The position numbers and the translations under genes are program-made. A DNA stretch of 61,018 nt from a virus. Its lineage: Duplodnaviria > Caudoviricetes. This document shows positions 7,960 to 17,408 of this stretch, one piece after another. The stretch covers positions 1 through 61,018 of the IMG/VR virus record IMGVR_UViG_3300012209_000002, one strand, 5' to 3'. Positions within the stretch are counted from its first letter, which is position 1. Every line of letters begins with the position of its first letter. The notes beneath the pieces are model-generated. The model did not search any database, had not been told where the DNA came from, and saw only the letters and a program-made list of their open reading frames with translations.

Positions 7960-8475
7960 CTAAGTGCTTGATTTCGGCTGGTTCAGGCTGGACAACAGCC
8001 CGCCCCAGTTCGGTGTAGCCGCGGCAATCAGACGCTTGGCCGCCTTTTCGTACTTCTCCCGCAATCCGTCTACAACTGGGGAGTACCGCGCTGGATCGAG
8101 ATTATCCTCCAAATCGGCCAGCTTCACGATCATGGCATCGGGCATCGTGCAAATCAACTCAATGTACATTTCGTAGTTGCAATTATCGGCATTACGACTG
8201 AGACGCAATACCGTGTCTGTAATGCGTTTACTGAAGCCGATCTGCTTCAGAAGTTCATAAGTAACCCAAGTATCTTCAAGGGTGTCGTGCAGAACTCCGC
8301 AAATCTGCAGTTCTAGATCGTAGCCCTTTTCGGCCAAACGGCGCATCACACCGAGCGGATGCAGGATGAAGGGTTTGCCTTGCCCATCGACTTGCCCGGC
8401 ATGAGCAGCAGCAGCAAGTCCAATGGCAGTGCTTAACCAATCGACCGTGGTTCTAGGGGGATTGAAACCAGTCAT
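7960..8475 (-). CDS. HD-domain RelA/SpoT-type small alarmone hydrolase-like protein
   Basis: AHAGQVDGQGKPFILHP, VLHDTLEDT and VKLADLEDN motifs of the SpoT/Mesh1 HD domain. Confidence 0.85.
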   Translation of the reverse strand: MTGFNPPRTTVDWLSTAIGLAAAAHAGQVDGQGKPFILHPLGVMRRLAEKGYDLELQICGVLHDTLEDTWVTYELLKQIGFSKRITDTVLRLSRNADNCNYEMYIELICTMPDAMIVKLADLEDNLDPARYSPVVDGLREKYEKAAKRLIAAATPNWGGLLSSLNQPKSST

Positions 8476-8484
8476 TTTCAGATT

Positions 8485-8748
8485 TTACTGTACCGGCACA
8501 TATCCTCGTGGCCCGCCCCACTCCCGCTCAATGTGCCGTAGTCTTCGCCACTCCGCGTGCAGCCAGTCCTCACCCGGTATCCAGATGGCCTCGTGATCTG
8601 TCACCAGCCCCTTCCGATGCCGGTAAGCCGCTGCGCATCGCTGCCGGTTGAGCGCCGCGAAACAGTCCTCGCATAACCGTCCGATTTGCGCCCGGCGCCG
8701 CTTCGAACAACGGCCGCGCGCTCCGCACACCTTGCAACTTACCATCAC
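8485..8748 (-). CDS. Small Cys-rich hypothetical protein
   Basis: CKVC...CEDC pairs; coupled to the upstream stop. Confidence 0.5.
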   Translation of the reverse strand: MMVSCKVCGARGRCSKRRRAQIGRLCEDCFAALNRQRCAAAYRHRKGLVTDHEAIWIPGEDWLHAEWRRLRHIEREWGGPRGYVPVQ

Positions 8749-9524
8749 GGCAGTATGCAGTTGGCCGACACATCCGAGATCATGGACTTGCCGTCGGTGG
8801 AAAGCCGCCAGGTCGTACCCTGACCGCTACACGCGCTGTCCTTACGCAAGGAACCGACCAGAGGAAGGATCGCCACCATCGCGATGCGCTGCCACTTGGC
8901 ACCCGGCACGCAGTACCACAGCGCTGCGGCGTCCGGCGGAGTCACCGCGTAAAACGTCATTGGCGCGGAGGCCGGGCAGGCGGAAGGAAGCTGCACCGCC
9001 GGACCGCTCAGGAACCAGGCGTCGGCGGGGGGCGGGGGCACGCCGGGCTGCCCCGCGGGCTGCGCTGCCGTAAGTGCAATGGCCGCACATAATGCTGGAC
9101 AGGGAACCGCGGAACAACCGGCGTAGAAGTTGGTGGAAATCGGTGTAAAGGCCACAGCAATGGGACCGGTAGCGGTCACCGGAAAAGTCTTGTCGATAGA
9201 CTTGGACTGTCCTCCGGCCGCCGCGAAAATATCGAAGTTGGCCAGCACTTTGAGCCCGTTCACGGTCACGTCGAACACACGCTGCCCCGCCGCCGTCCGA
9301 TACGGGTCGAGGAAGGTAAGGGTTAAATTGTAGACCCCTGGCGCCGGCACGGGAATCGTGTAGATGAACGTCCCGATGCGCACGCTGGGCGGGCCTGGAA
9401 TGGCCTGCGTCGCCGGCGACGTGGAGTAGCCGCGGTCGCCGGCAGAACCGCAGAGCGTAGACCACACGGGGGCTTGCGCTTGAAGAAGCACAGCGATGAG
9501 CACGACCAAGAGAAGGAGTTTCAC
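8745..9524 (-). CDS. Secreted/virion malectin-like carbohydrate-binding protein
   Basis: Signal-like start VKLLLLVVLIAVLLQAQ; YNLTLTF..AGQRVFDVTVNG..VLANFDIFAAAGG malectin signature. Confidence 0.75.
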   Translation of the reverse strand: MKLLLLVVLIAVLLQAQAPVWSTLCGSAGDRGYSTSPATQAIPGPPSVRIGTFIYTIPVPAPGVYNLTLTFLDPYRTAAGQRVFDVTVNGLKVLANFDIFAAAGGQSKSIDKTFPVTATGPIAVAFTPISTNFYAGCSAVPCPALCAAIALTAAQPAGQPGVPPPPADAWFLSGPAVQLPSACPASAPMTFYAVTPPDAAALWYCVPGAKWQRIAMVAILPLVGSLRKDSACSGQGTTWRLSTDGKSMISDVSANCILP

Positions 9525-10012
9525 TGGCGCTTCCGTTCGGCAAATTCTGCCACCGCAGCTGCCATCCAGAATTCGTGCATTCCCTGGAGGCCAAGTGCAG
9601 TAAAAGCCTCTTCCATAGCATCTTCGAAATCCCAGCCATCGTGATGGATACGCCAGCAAGCGCATAGCGTGCCCGTGCGGTCGCTGCCGTGCAAGCAGTG
9701 AACGAATACAGGTGCGCCTCGCTGGATTACTTCTCCGCCAGTGCCGTCCATTTGGCCGAGGACAAATTGAACCTGCGCCACGCTGGGGGGAAGTATCCCG
9801 TTCCACTGGACCGCGAGGTAGCCGATACCCGCCGCTGTCGCTAAACCGCACTGACGCTGTGCTTGGTTTCGTGTGCTATTTAGGTCTATCGCCCGTTTGC
9901 AACCGGCAGCTGCCAGCAACGGCCAAGCCGCATCCTCAGGTTGTGCACCGCGCCACACGATGTCATCTACCCGATAGCCGTTGGCGATGCCGAGAATGTT
10001 TAAGGGAATCAT
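9521..10012 (-). CDS. Cys-dependent (dual-specificity/tyrosine) phosphatase
   Basis: Catalytic CX5R loop VFVHCLHGSDRTG; N-terminal YRVDDIVWRGAQP. Confidence 0.9.
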   Translation of the reverse strand: MIPLNILGIANGYRVDDIVWRGAQPEDAAWPLLAAAGCKRAIDLNSTRNQAQRQCGLATAAGIGYLAVQWNGILPPSVAQVQFVLGQMDGTGGEVIQRGAPVFVHCLHGSDRTGTLCACWRIHHDGWDFEDAMEEAFTALGLQGMHEFWMAAAVAEFAERKRQ

Positions 10013-10350
10013 GTTTTCCGGTACCAGGCCCGGTGCCAGGTCGCCAGCGCGGGCGCCGTCGTGTACACGATATCCGGCCCGGTCAGGGTGTAATCGATGC
10101 CTTGTAACAACAACAATCCGCCCAGAAACAACTGGAGAGAGGCGGGCGGGTTCGGGGCAAAAGCCAGTTGGAAGATTTTATTGGTTCCGTCCACGAGACC
10201 TCGCGGGGTCTCCGCGTCCACAAACGTCATTGCAAGCTGATCGCGCAGATCGTAGATTTTTTGAAAGGCGTTCCGTATACCTGTGCGAAGCTCTGGAGAA
10301 ATACCTGCTTGCTCAAGGGAAGGGAAATACCGGGGAAGGGGAGTGGCCAT
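10009..10350 (-). CDS. Putative minor tail/virion protein
   Basis: ETPRGLVDGTNKIF...LFLGGLLLLQGIDYTL is a small beta-domain motif common in phage tail proteins. Confidence 0.55.
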   Translation of the reverse strand: MATPLPRYFPSLEQAGISPELRTGIRNAFQKIYDLRDQLAMTFVDAETPRGLVDGTNKIFQLAFAPNPPASLQLFLGGLLLLQGIDYTLTGPDIVYTTAPALATWHRAWYRKT

Positions 10351-10353
10351 GGT

Positions 10354-10722
10354 CTATGCCTCGACCAGGAGCATCTCGACGATGACTGCGGCTGTGTGCG
10401 CCTTGGCGTTGGGAGCAGTGCATCCCAACCGGCCCATGAAGAACTCGCCAGGTTGCAGCCGAATGAATGGCACCGCGTCGGTGGAAACAGCGAAAAAGTC
10501 ACAGTAATTCGTGGCGTCGGTGTTGACAACAAAGAACCAGCCCAATGTGCCCACACCGCCCAGATTTACCACCGTCATCGTGGTAGCAATGCTCTGAGTG
10601 CTCTCCGAGAACGCACTCCCCGCTACCGTGAACTTCTTCTGGTTCTGCGGCGGCGCGTTGATCGGCCCAATGCCGCCCTTCAAAAAACTCATTGCTGCCG
10701 ATACTGTGAGTTCTGAGGCCAT
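10354..10722 (-). CDS. Hypothetical (putative structural) protein
   Basis: 122 aa, RBS AAGGA, operon context. Confidence 0.55.
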   Translation of the reverse strand: MASELTVSAAMSFLKGGIGPINAPPQNQKKFTVAGSAFSESTQSIATTMTVVNLGGVGTLGWFFVVNTDATNYCDFFAVSTDAVPFIRLQPGEFFMGRLGCTAPNAKAHTAAVIVEMLLVEA

Positions 10723-10757
10723 TTCAATCCTTCCGGGGGGAAGGGTTATTGTAACCG

Positions 10758-10964
10758 CTAGCCGGTAGCCGTATGGTTTCGCTTTTTAGCCTGCGCCGCC
10801 GCTTTCCGGATTCGCGCCTGGATCGCGAGAGGCCGGCAGTTTGGACAATACTTGCGCTGCCGGTGATACGTGTGAAATTCCTCGCCGCAACGAACGCAGA
10901 ATCTGGTTAGAATCTCGCCAAAAGCATCGTTCGGCGCTTCGTTGAGGAAAGAACTGCCGATCAT
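10758..10964 (-). CDS. Small zinc-ribbon protein
   Basis: CVRC...YCPNC; start overlaps the upstream stop (ATGA). Confidence 0.55.
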   Translation of the reverse strand: MIGSSFLNEAPNDAFGEILTRFCVRCGEEFHTYHRQRKYCPNCRPLAIQARIRKAAAQAKKRNHTATG

Positions 10965-12445
10965 CCCGGCCCACCGATATCCCCGGCCTGACAATCCCCA
11001 ATCGCAATGGAACACGTCACTTGAGCAATCGTGCTGGCCCCATCCACCGCGCGCACGACGAAAGTCCACGATCCATTGGCAATCGGCGTCCCCGCTATCG
11101 TGCCACTCATACTCAGGGTCAGGTTCGGCGGCAGGCTTCCCGACACCAGGCTCACTACGTAGGGTGCCGTGCCCCCGGTAATCGTCAGGGTGTGGGAATA
11201 GGCTGCGCCCACTGTGCCAGCCTGGGGATTGTTGCAGGAGATCGCCAGCGGAATTGCCGCCACTAACAGGTAGACTGACAACGAGGCATACTTTGCTCCC
11301 GGTGTAATGCCGGTGAACAACTGCGGATCGACCGTGCCCTGAATCGCCGCCCACGATGCCGAAGAGACCGCCACCGGGTACGGTGTCAATGCGTCTACGC
11401 CAAGGGTAGTGGTATAGGCCAGCGTAGGAGCAGACCATGCCCCGCACGCCGTCGAGGTCGCGTAGTACAAAAACCCCTGGTCGGTGGCATCGTAGTTCAG
11501 CGGCTTGGATACCACGTAGAAACAGTAAAGAGTGCCGCCCACATCCACCAAACTCGCGTCGTACCAGTCCAGCAGCGTGAAGGGAGAAAGCACGTAATCG
11601 GCGGGCAGGCCGGTTTCGGAAATCACCAACCGATCGGCAAGCGCAAGCGATCCGGAATCGGCGCCGGAACCGCAGATTACATGCAGCTCATCGTGTCCGC
11701 TAATCGTCATTTTGATGGCAAGAGCGACATTGCCGCCCGAGGCCGCGCCGGTTTCCACTTCCGCGAGAAACGGCGGGGCGGTAAAATTGTAGACCGTCTG
11801 CCATGTACCGGGAGTTAGAGTTGTGGCATCGATAGTGAGGCAACCTATTCTGGCTAATGCTGTAAGTACGCCCGTGACGAATAGATAAACCCGGTTGGCG
11901 TCCCAGGTTACCGATTTTAGTTTTGTGCCTGTATAAGGCGAAGCGCTCAGCGAAACCGGCGCATCCCATGTCACGCCATTGAACCGGGACACACTCGCGA
12001 GCGTAAGCAGGAGCGGCGTGCCGTCCGCCAGAATCGCCAGTCCTGCAGGATTGCTGGTAATGGCGCTGGCCGGATAACCGGTGGTAAATGTATCGGCCGC
12101 GGCGGTGTCGAGCGAGTAGATCGCCGTGCCGGGAGTGTGACCGCCGGTGCTGCTGAGATTTACCGTAATCCAGATTTTGGCGCCGGCCAGGGCAGCGGCC
12201 AGCACTTCGTAGCTGAGATATGTTGGCGGCGCGTAGTTCACGATGCGCGTCCAGGTTACCCCGCCGTCCGCCGATTTGAGAATCCAGAGATTGAACGTGG
12301 ATTCGGTAAGCGCATTGGCCCCCACTTCCGCGCCGGTCACATAGTAATAGCTCCCGTTTGGCGCATGAAACAGCAACCGGTTCTGAAGCGGCGTGCTCGG
12401 CTCCATGTACTGCGTGGGCGTGACCGGATGGACGGCGATAGGCAT
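10961..12445 (-). CDS. Putative tail/receptor-binding protein: Asp-box beta-propeller plus C-terminal Ig-like (He_PIG-type) domain
   Basis: KSADGGVTW Asp-box; GTVGAAYSHTLTITGGTAPY..SGSLPPNLTLS..GTIAGTP. Confidence 0.7.
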   Translation of the reverse strand: MPIAVHPVTPTQYMEPSTPLQNRLLFHAPNGSYYYVTGAEVGANALTESTFNLWILKSADGGVTWTRIVNYAPPTYLSYEVLAAALAGAKIWITVNLSSTGGHTPGTAIYSLDTAAADTFTTGYPASAITSNPAGLAILADGTPLLLTLASVSRFNGVTWDAPVSLSASPYTGTKLKSVTWDANRVYLFVTGVLTALARIGCLTIDATTLTPGTWQTVYNFTAPPFLAEVETGAASGGNVALAIKMTISGHDELHVICGSGADSGSLALADRLVISETGLPADYVLSPFTLLDWYDASLVDVGGTLYCFYVVSKPLNYDATDQGFLYYATSTACGAWSAPTLAYTTTLGVDALTPYPVAVSSASWAAIQGTVDPQLFTGITPGAKYASLSVYLLVAAIPLAISCNNPQAGTVGAAYSHTLTITGGTAPYVVSLVSGSLPPNLTLSMSGTIAGTPIANGSWTFVVRAVDGASTIAQVTCSIAIGDCQAGDIGGPG

Positions 12446-12448
12446 GAG

Positions 12449-12757
12449 CTAGGCTTCCTGCCGGACGAGGATCATCAGTCCGCGGGAGCGCGTCAGCCCC
12501 AATTCGTGCAGACCGAAGAGGGTGGCGGTTTGACGCACAAAGGTGGCGGCCATGTAGCGCTGCCAGAAATCCTCGGGCGCGGTAGGCAGGAGATCCTCTT
12601 GCTTCATTTCCTGAACTCGCACCACGATTGCGTCTTTCATGGCGTCCACGGATGGCGCGGAGATATTCAGGTCGAGACAGGTGTATGTGCCCGCGCGATC
12701 GAGCAGCAGATGCGCGACCTTCCACTTCCAGAGCGTGCGGTCGGGGAGCAGGCCCAA
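12449..12757 (-). CDS. Hypothetical protein (start uncertain)
   Basis: 102-aa ORF with a TTG start, ending 3 nt before the next start. Confidence 0.45.
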   Translation of the reverse strand: MGLLPDRTLWKWKVAHLLLDRAGTYTCLDLNISAPSVDAMKDAIVVRVQEMKQEDLLPTAPEDFWQRYMAATFVRQTATLFGLHELGLTRSRGLMILVRQEA

Positions 12758-13045
12758 GGCTCCTTCGAGTGCAGTAGACGGGGGTTCGGGCGTCAGTGGA
12801 AATCTCCAGCAAGCACGATTTCAGCGAAATCCCATTATATCTAAGGCTTGCAAAGAAAGACGATCGGGGCGTCGACGGCTTTTCCACGGGGTTTTCCACT
12901 GCTTCGATCCACGACGTAAATTGCGACAACAGCTCCGTGCGGTACACCCACACAGCCGATTGAAATGTGTCGCACTGCCGGGCTTTGCTCCACGCCTTGT
13001 CCGCAATATAAGCAAGCCGAAGAACCAGTCGCTCGCGCTCCGGGG

Positions 13046-16000
13046 TCAAATTCGCGCCCCGCGCTCGAAGTGCAGGTCGCCGTGGACGCGCACGATCTGG
13101 CACCCTTCGCTTGTGCCCCACTCCTTGACCGCCATAGCACAATCTTTTTGGAAGACTCGAAAGGGTTTACAGGCCAACAGCGTGTACTGAGACAACTTCG
13201 CTTTCATCGGCTGGAGCACTTCATAAGGCTTCCTGATTTCACCGCCCGTGGACGGAATGAGATAGGTGTACACGCGTCCGTCGTCCTGTGTCACGATCAG
13301 CTTCACGTCGGAGTAAGACTGCAAGGTCACGAAGCAATCCCGGTGCGAGTGATAGCCCCGAAATCCGTGCGAGGTCGTCTGCGTGATCCAGTATTTGGCA
13401 AGGTCCGGGTGCGGCTCCCAGATCCACTTGATGCGCCATGGGCCGATATAGCGCAGAGGGCCATCCGGGATTATGCGCACCTGATGCGCTACGAAGGGAA
13501 CCGGGAAAGAGTAGGCAAGCTGGAGATTGCCGGCGTGGTTGACTTTTGTGAAAACCCCGCCAACCTGTCCGCCGTCGTATTGCACGGTAAGAGTGCGGTC
13601 TTGCCCGAGAGTATCAGCCCATAGCACAAATCCTTGGAAGAATTTAGCCGCTTGCACTCCATCGTCGGTCCACTCCGAATACAAGGCGGCGAGGTCCGGA
13701 CGCGCATCGCCAATCCAACGCACTTTCCAATCGGCGTGCTGGCGCCACGGAGGATTGGGGAATCCTGGCTGATCGAGTGGAACCAGTTTGACTTCGGTAG
13801 AAGTGAATGCCTCGGCAAAGGAATACGCCTTTTGAACTCTACCGTTATGATTGCAGGTTAGCCGCCGAACCTCAATCCCCTCCGAAATCACCTGCACCGC
13901 AACATCTTGCCCGCCCGTGTCCGCCTCGATGGCCACGCCGCGATAGGCGATGGGGTCGGTGGGCGAGTAGTCGGGAACGAAAGAGGTTAACTCCGGTTGC
14001 AGGGTCCAGAACCACTTCACCGAGTAGAGCTGCCATGCCGATTCGTCGCGCGGGCTGATGCGCATGTGGTGCGTGATCAGGGGGTCCACAAAGTAATAGG
14101 GTTTGGTCTGCTGCCCGTCGTGCTGAATGCTCAGAGTGGCGATGAGCAAATCGCCGTCGCCCAGGATTTCCACCGTGCGCGGTACATTGTACGTGTCGGC
14201 TTCGATCAGACACCCGTACAGATATTTGTTCTGCGCGGTGCCTTCGTCCTCCCAGTCGGTTGCCCGCTTCACCGTGATCTCGGGTTTGGGCACCCAAGAG
14301 GGCTCCCATTCATAAAACAGCGAGGGCAATCCCCCGGAGACATTTTCCGTCCACGCGAAATCGAGCGCGAAGCTGGACGCGGGCCGGCCCAAACCGTCGG
14401 TCAGATCGAGCACCTGCTGTTTGCGTCCCGATCCGGCGCCGCTGCCAATGCCGTTAATGAGAATCGAGCCGATCGCGGCATCCATCTCCGGGGAGAAGCG
14501 CGGCGTCACCCCGATATCCACGCGCGGATCGAGATCGAGGTACGCGTCTCCCCAGATCTTCTGTGCACGCGGATCGCCCGCGTCGAACGCCGCCGTGACC
14601 AACCGGCAGGAGATGGGATTGCCGGCATCGCCCACCGTATATTTGTTGTAGTTGTAGACGATATTGCCCTGGGAGAACTTCAGATTGGATGCGGCGACTT
14701 CGTAGGCACGGCCCAGAGGGCGATTGCTGACGCCGTTGTACACATCGAACGCGATCCAACCGTTAGGCTCCTGCCGGCCTTCGTACACCAGGGTCGAATA
14801 ATGGCCCGTCGTTGCTGCCGGGTAGTCGTAAAACAGCACGCCTTCAAACCAGCACAAGTTGTGATATTGCGTGAAATTGGAGTAAGGACCTTGTTCGGTT
14901 CCGGTAATCGGCGGTCCGCAAACCGTGTCCTCGCCGGTCAGCCACGGATACAGCAGGCTCAACACCACGGGATTCTGGTTGTCATGGCTGAAAAACGGGT
15001 AGAGCGTGGCGTCGGTGAGCGACCGTAGACCGGCCCCCGAATAGTCGTAGATGCCGTCCTTGCTTCTCCAGGTCATGGACTGGTCCGAGATGCCGTTGGA
15101 GTGGACCGAGTGCGCGTAAGGCATCGCGAGGCCCTTGCCGCCGGGGATCTCTTCCACCAGGAATTGCCCCGCGACCGCCAGGCTCGGATACACGCGAAAC
15201 ATACGCTCCGTGCTCCACAGATACGGCGTGCCGTCGTAAATCGCCCCGCCCATTAGCGGCTCCGAAGGCGCGGTCACGATCACCGAATTGGCGGTGTCGG
15301 CGGAATCTGGATCGTTGCCGTTGGTCCAGTAGAGTGTGCCCGCGGTCAGATCGTTGCCGAGCCCGAAAATGTACGATCCACTCTGCCCGGTGCCGTAAAG
15401 CCCGAAGATGCAGCGCATGGGGGCACCCGCGGTCAACACGCCTAACCCGGTATCCCAATCGACAATATCCCCGCTGGCCATCCCCACGTTCGCCAAATTC
15501 TCGGTCAACTCGATGACCGCTCCCGCTCGCCCCGCTTGTCGCACCTGGTAAAGCGTGGTGTACGCCGTGGGATGCACCTTGAAAAACGAGCCCGGTGTCC
15601 AGCCGACATTGAACTCGTCGCCCGATTGCCAGACAATAATCCACACCCCGTTGGGAAGCTGTTCGATGATGCCGGTGCCCTTGCGCGGAATGTCGAGCAC
15701 GGGAAAAGGCTGAAATAAGTTGAACCGCGAGATGCCCGTGTCTGGATCGGTTACGGCGGGCGGTCCCGGCGCCGACAAGAGCGCGGAATCCGGCGTGGTA
15801 TCGACCATATTGCTGCCGGCCGGGGCGCTGCCCACGAATACCCAGCGCGGCAGCACGTCCGAGAAGCGATACACGTCCACCACGATATTGGTGTCCGGCA
15901 AGCCGGTCTGCGGATCGATGGGCGCGGGGGGCAGGTCAATGGAAGCGCTGGCATTATTGATGAAAATTGCAGGCGTGGCCCAGGTCGTGCGCGTGGCCGG

Positions 16001-16627
16001 CGAAGGATTCGAGCGTGCCCCGGTGTAGTACCGGCGATAGGCGAATCGCCATTGATAATTGCCGTTCAGCAGGCCGGGATCGCTACCGATCGCCGGCACG
16101 GTCAAGGAGGGTGGCGCAGGCAGCCCCATCGTAAACGCATGGGCCATTTGCGTGTCCGGATCGTCGAACGGGTAGTAGCCCACTGTCAGCAGAGTTTCGT
16201 GGTCGCCGATGTACTTCCAGCCCGGCGAACCCGAACGCGGCGCCGCGTCCACCATCGTCAGGGGTTTCCCCGAGAGCAAACCAGTCGTGGCACCGAACAG
16301 CGGCAGTTTGAGCGGGTTGAGCGCTGTGTTTTGCAAGTGCGCCTCGTCCACACCCATGTAGATCGAATCGTCCGCGCCTACCAAGTACGTGTGGGTGAGG
16401 TTGAGAGCTGGCGAAAAATTATTCAATCTTGAAATTGAATGAACCCAGGTCTTGCCGGGAATGGTGGCGAAGTGCTCCAAGCCGGATCGCGCGCCGACTA
16501 CGCCCTGCCGGGGACTGCGAATGTTGCGGCCGAACAAGATTTGGCCGTCGGGCAGGGTGTCCAGCGAGCGGTTGAAATTCATCCCGCCATTCGCAAAATT
16601 CATACGTTTGCGTGAGAAGGCAGCCAC
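13046..16627 (-). CDS. Large tail/head-closure (nozzle, tail tubular B-like) protein
   Basis: 1193 aa, beta-rich; N-terminal FANGGMN..D.LP...GRNI start typical of nozzle/stabilisation proteins; follows an adaptor-like gene. Confidence 0.6.
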   Translation of the reverse strand: MAAFSRKRMNFANGGMNFNRSLDTLPDGQILFGRNIRSPRQGVVGARSGLEHFATIPGKTWVHSISRLNNFSPALNLTHTYLVGADDSIYMGVDEAHLQNTALNPLKLPLFGATTGLLSGKPLTMVDAAPRSGSPGWKYIGDHETLLTVGYYPFDDPDTQMAHAFTMGLPAPPSLTVPAIGSDPGLLNGNYQWRFAYRRYYTGARSNPSPATRTTWATPAIFINNASASIDLPPAPIDPQTGLPDTNIVVDVYRFSDVLPRWVFVGSAPAGSNMVDTTPDSALLSAPGPPAVTDPDTGISRFNLFQPFPVLDIPRKGTGIIEQLPNGVWIIVWQSGDEFNVGWTPGSFFKVHPTAYTTLYQVRQAGRAGAVIELTENLANVGMASGDIVDWDTGLGVLTAGAPMRCIFGLYGTGQSGSYIFGLGNDLTAGTLYWTNGNDPDSADTANSVIVTAPSEPLMGGAIYDGTPYLWSTERMFRVYPSLAVAGQFLVEEIPGGKGLAMPYAHSVHSNGISDQSMTWRSKDGIYDYSGAGLRSLTDATLYPFFSHDNQNPVVLSLLYPWLTGEDTVCGPPITGTEQGPYSNFTQYHNLCWFEGVLFYDYPAATTGHYSTLVYEGRQEPNGWIAFDVYNGVSNRPLGRAYEVAASNLKFSQGNIVYNYNKYTVGDAGNPISCRLVTAAFDAGDPRAQKIWGDAYLDLDPRVDIGVTPRFSPEMDAAIGSILINGIGSGAGSGRKQQVLDLTDGLGRPASSFALDFAWTENVSGGLPSLFYEWEPSWVPKPEITVKRATDWEDEGTAQNKYLYGCLIEADTYNVPRTVEILGDGDLLIATLSIQHDGQQTKPYYFVDPLITHHMRISPRDESAWQLYSVKWFWTLQPELTSFVPDYSPTDPIAYRGVAIEADTGGQDVAVQVISEGIEVRRLTCNHNGRVQKAYSFAEAFTSTEVKLVPLDQPGFPNPPWRQHADWKVRWIGDARPDLAALYSEWTDDGVQAAKFFQGFVLWADTLGQDRTLTVQYDGGQVGGVFTKVNHAGNLQLAYSFPVPFVAHQVRIIPDGPLRYIGPWRIKWIWEPHPDLAKYWITQTTSHGFRGYHSHRDCFVTLQSYSDVKLIVTQDDGRVYTYLIPSTGGEIRKPYEVLQPMKAKLSQYTLLACKPFRVFQKDCAMAVKEWGTSEGCQIVRVHGDLHFERGARI

Positions 16628-16652
16628 TTATAACTCCTGGACGGGCGTCGCG

Positions 16653-16668
16653 AGTTTCACGTGAAACA
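16653..16668. promoter_or_regulatory. parS centromere-like site
   Basis: AGTTTCACGTGAAACA is 15/16 identical to the chromosomal parS palindrome TGTTTCACGTGAAACA; intergenic. Confidence 0.75.
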
Positions 16669-16671
16669 CTA

Positions 16672-16700
16672 TTGCGCACCACCTCTGAGTCTGATATAGT
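16672..16700 (+). promoter_or_regulatory. Sigma70-type promoter of the RAMP/Cas7-like gene
   Basis: TTGCGC (16672-77), 17 nt spacer, TATAGT (16695-700); followed by a 5' UTR hairpin and a GGAGGT RBS. Confidence 0.75.
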
Positions 16701-16768
16701 GCGGTGGTCCCCGTGCGGTTCAAGACACACGAGGACCAGCATCCTAGCCTTCTGGGAGGTAGGCCAAG

Positions 16769-17401
16769 ATGCCCAAAACAAAAGGTATCACAATACCACT
16801 GACCATTCTGGCTCCGGTTTCTAACGATGCCCAAGGCATCATCTCTTATGAACATCCGTACACTATTTCGGTAACGATTACCGGAGTTGCACCATTTCTG
16901 TTTCATCGCTGGAACATTGAAGTGGTGGAAGAAAAGAACAAAGCTGCCAGAGGAAGCCGAGCCCGCAAGGAAAACGATCTGGAAAGTTTCGTTCATCGCG
17001 ACGTAAAAGGGAATTTGGCAATACCTACCGAGTATTTGCGTCAAGCAATTATCGGCGCTGCCCGATACAAATCAGATCCACGAAGCCCCAAGAAAACCAT
17101 GATGGATCTAGTCAAGGCCGGAATCGTGGCCGCCGAAGAGTTTTGTAACTTTGGCGTTAAGGATTGGGACTACGTGGACCGGCGAAGAGTTTTGATCCAA
17201 AGAAACGCGATTACCAGGAGCAGGCCGGCAATGCACATCGGTTGGACGGTGACTGCTCTTTTCACCGTGATTACCGCTGAATACATTAGCCCAACCATGT
17301 TCAACGAGTTGATTCAGACAGCCGGAAAACTGATCGGCATCGGAAATTTCAGGCCAAGTTTCGGAAGATTTCAGGTTACGGTTTTCAAACTGTTAACCTA
17401 A
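16769..17401 (+). CDS. Standalone RAMP/Cas7-like protein (Vipr-like)
   Basis: 210 aa; N-terminal strand VTITGVAPFLFH, LAIPTEYLRQAI helix, and C-terminal G-rich loop AGKLIGIGNFRPSFGRFQV; no other cas genes adjacent; inverted relative to the surrounding operon. Confidence 0.8.
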   Translation: MPKTKGITIPLTILAPVSNDAQGIISYEHPYTISVTITGVAPFLFHRWNIEVVEEKNKAARGSRARKENDLESFVHRDVKGNLAIPTEYLRQAIIGAARYKSDPRSPKKTMMDLVKAGIVAAEEFCNFGVKDWDYVDRRRVLIQRNAITRSRPAMHIGWTVTALFTVITAEYISPTMFNELIQTAGKLIGIGNFRPSFGRFQVTVFKLLT

Positions 17402-17408
17402 CAAATGT

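Noticed and set aside
11700-13142. 480-aa minus-strand ORF
   Set aside because: Mostly an out-of-frame shadow of real genes. The 12760-13049 part may be a real or frameshifted gene, but I cannot support a call
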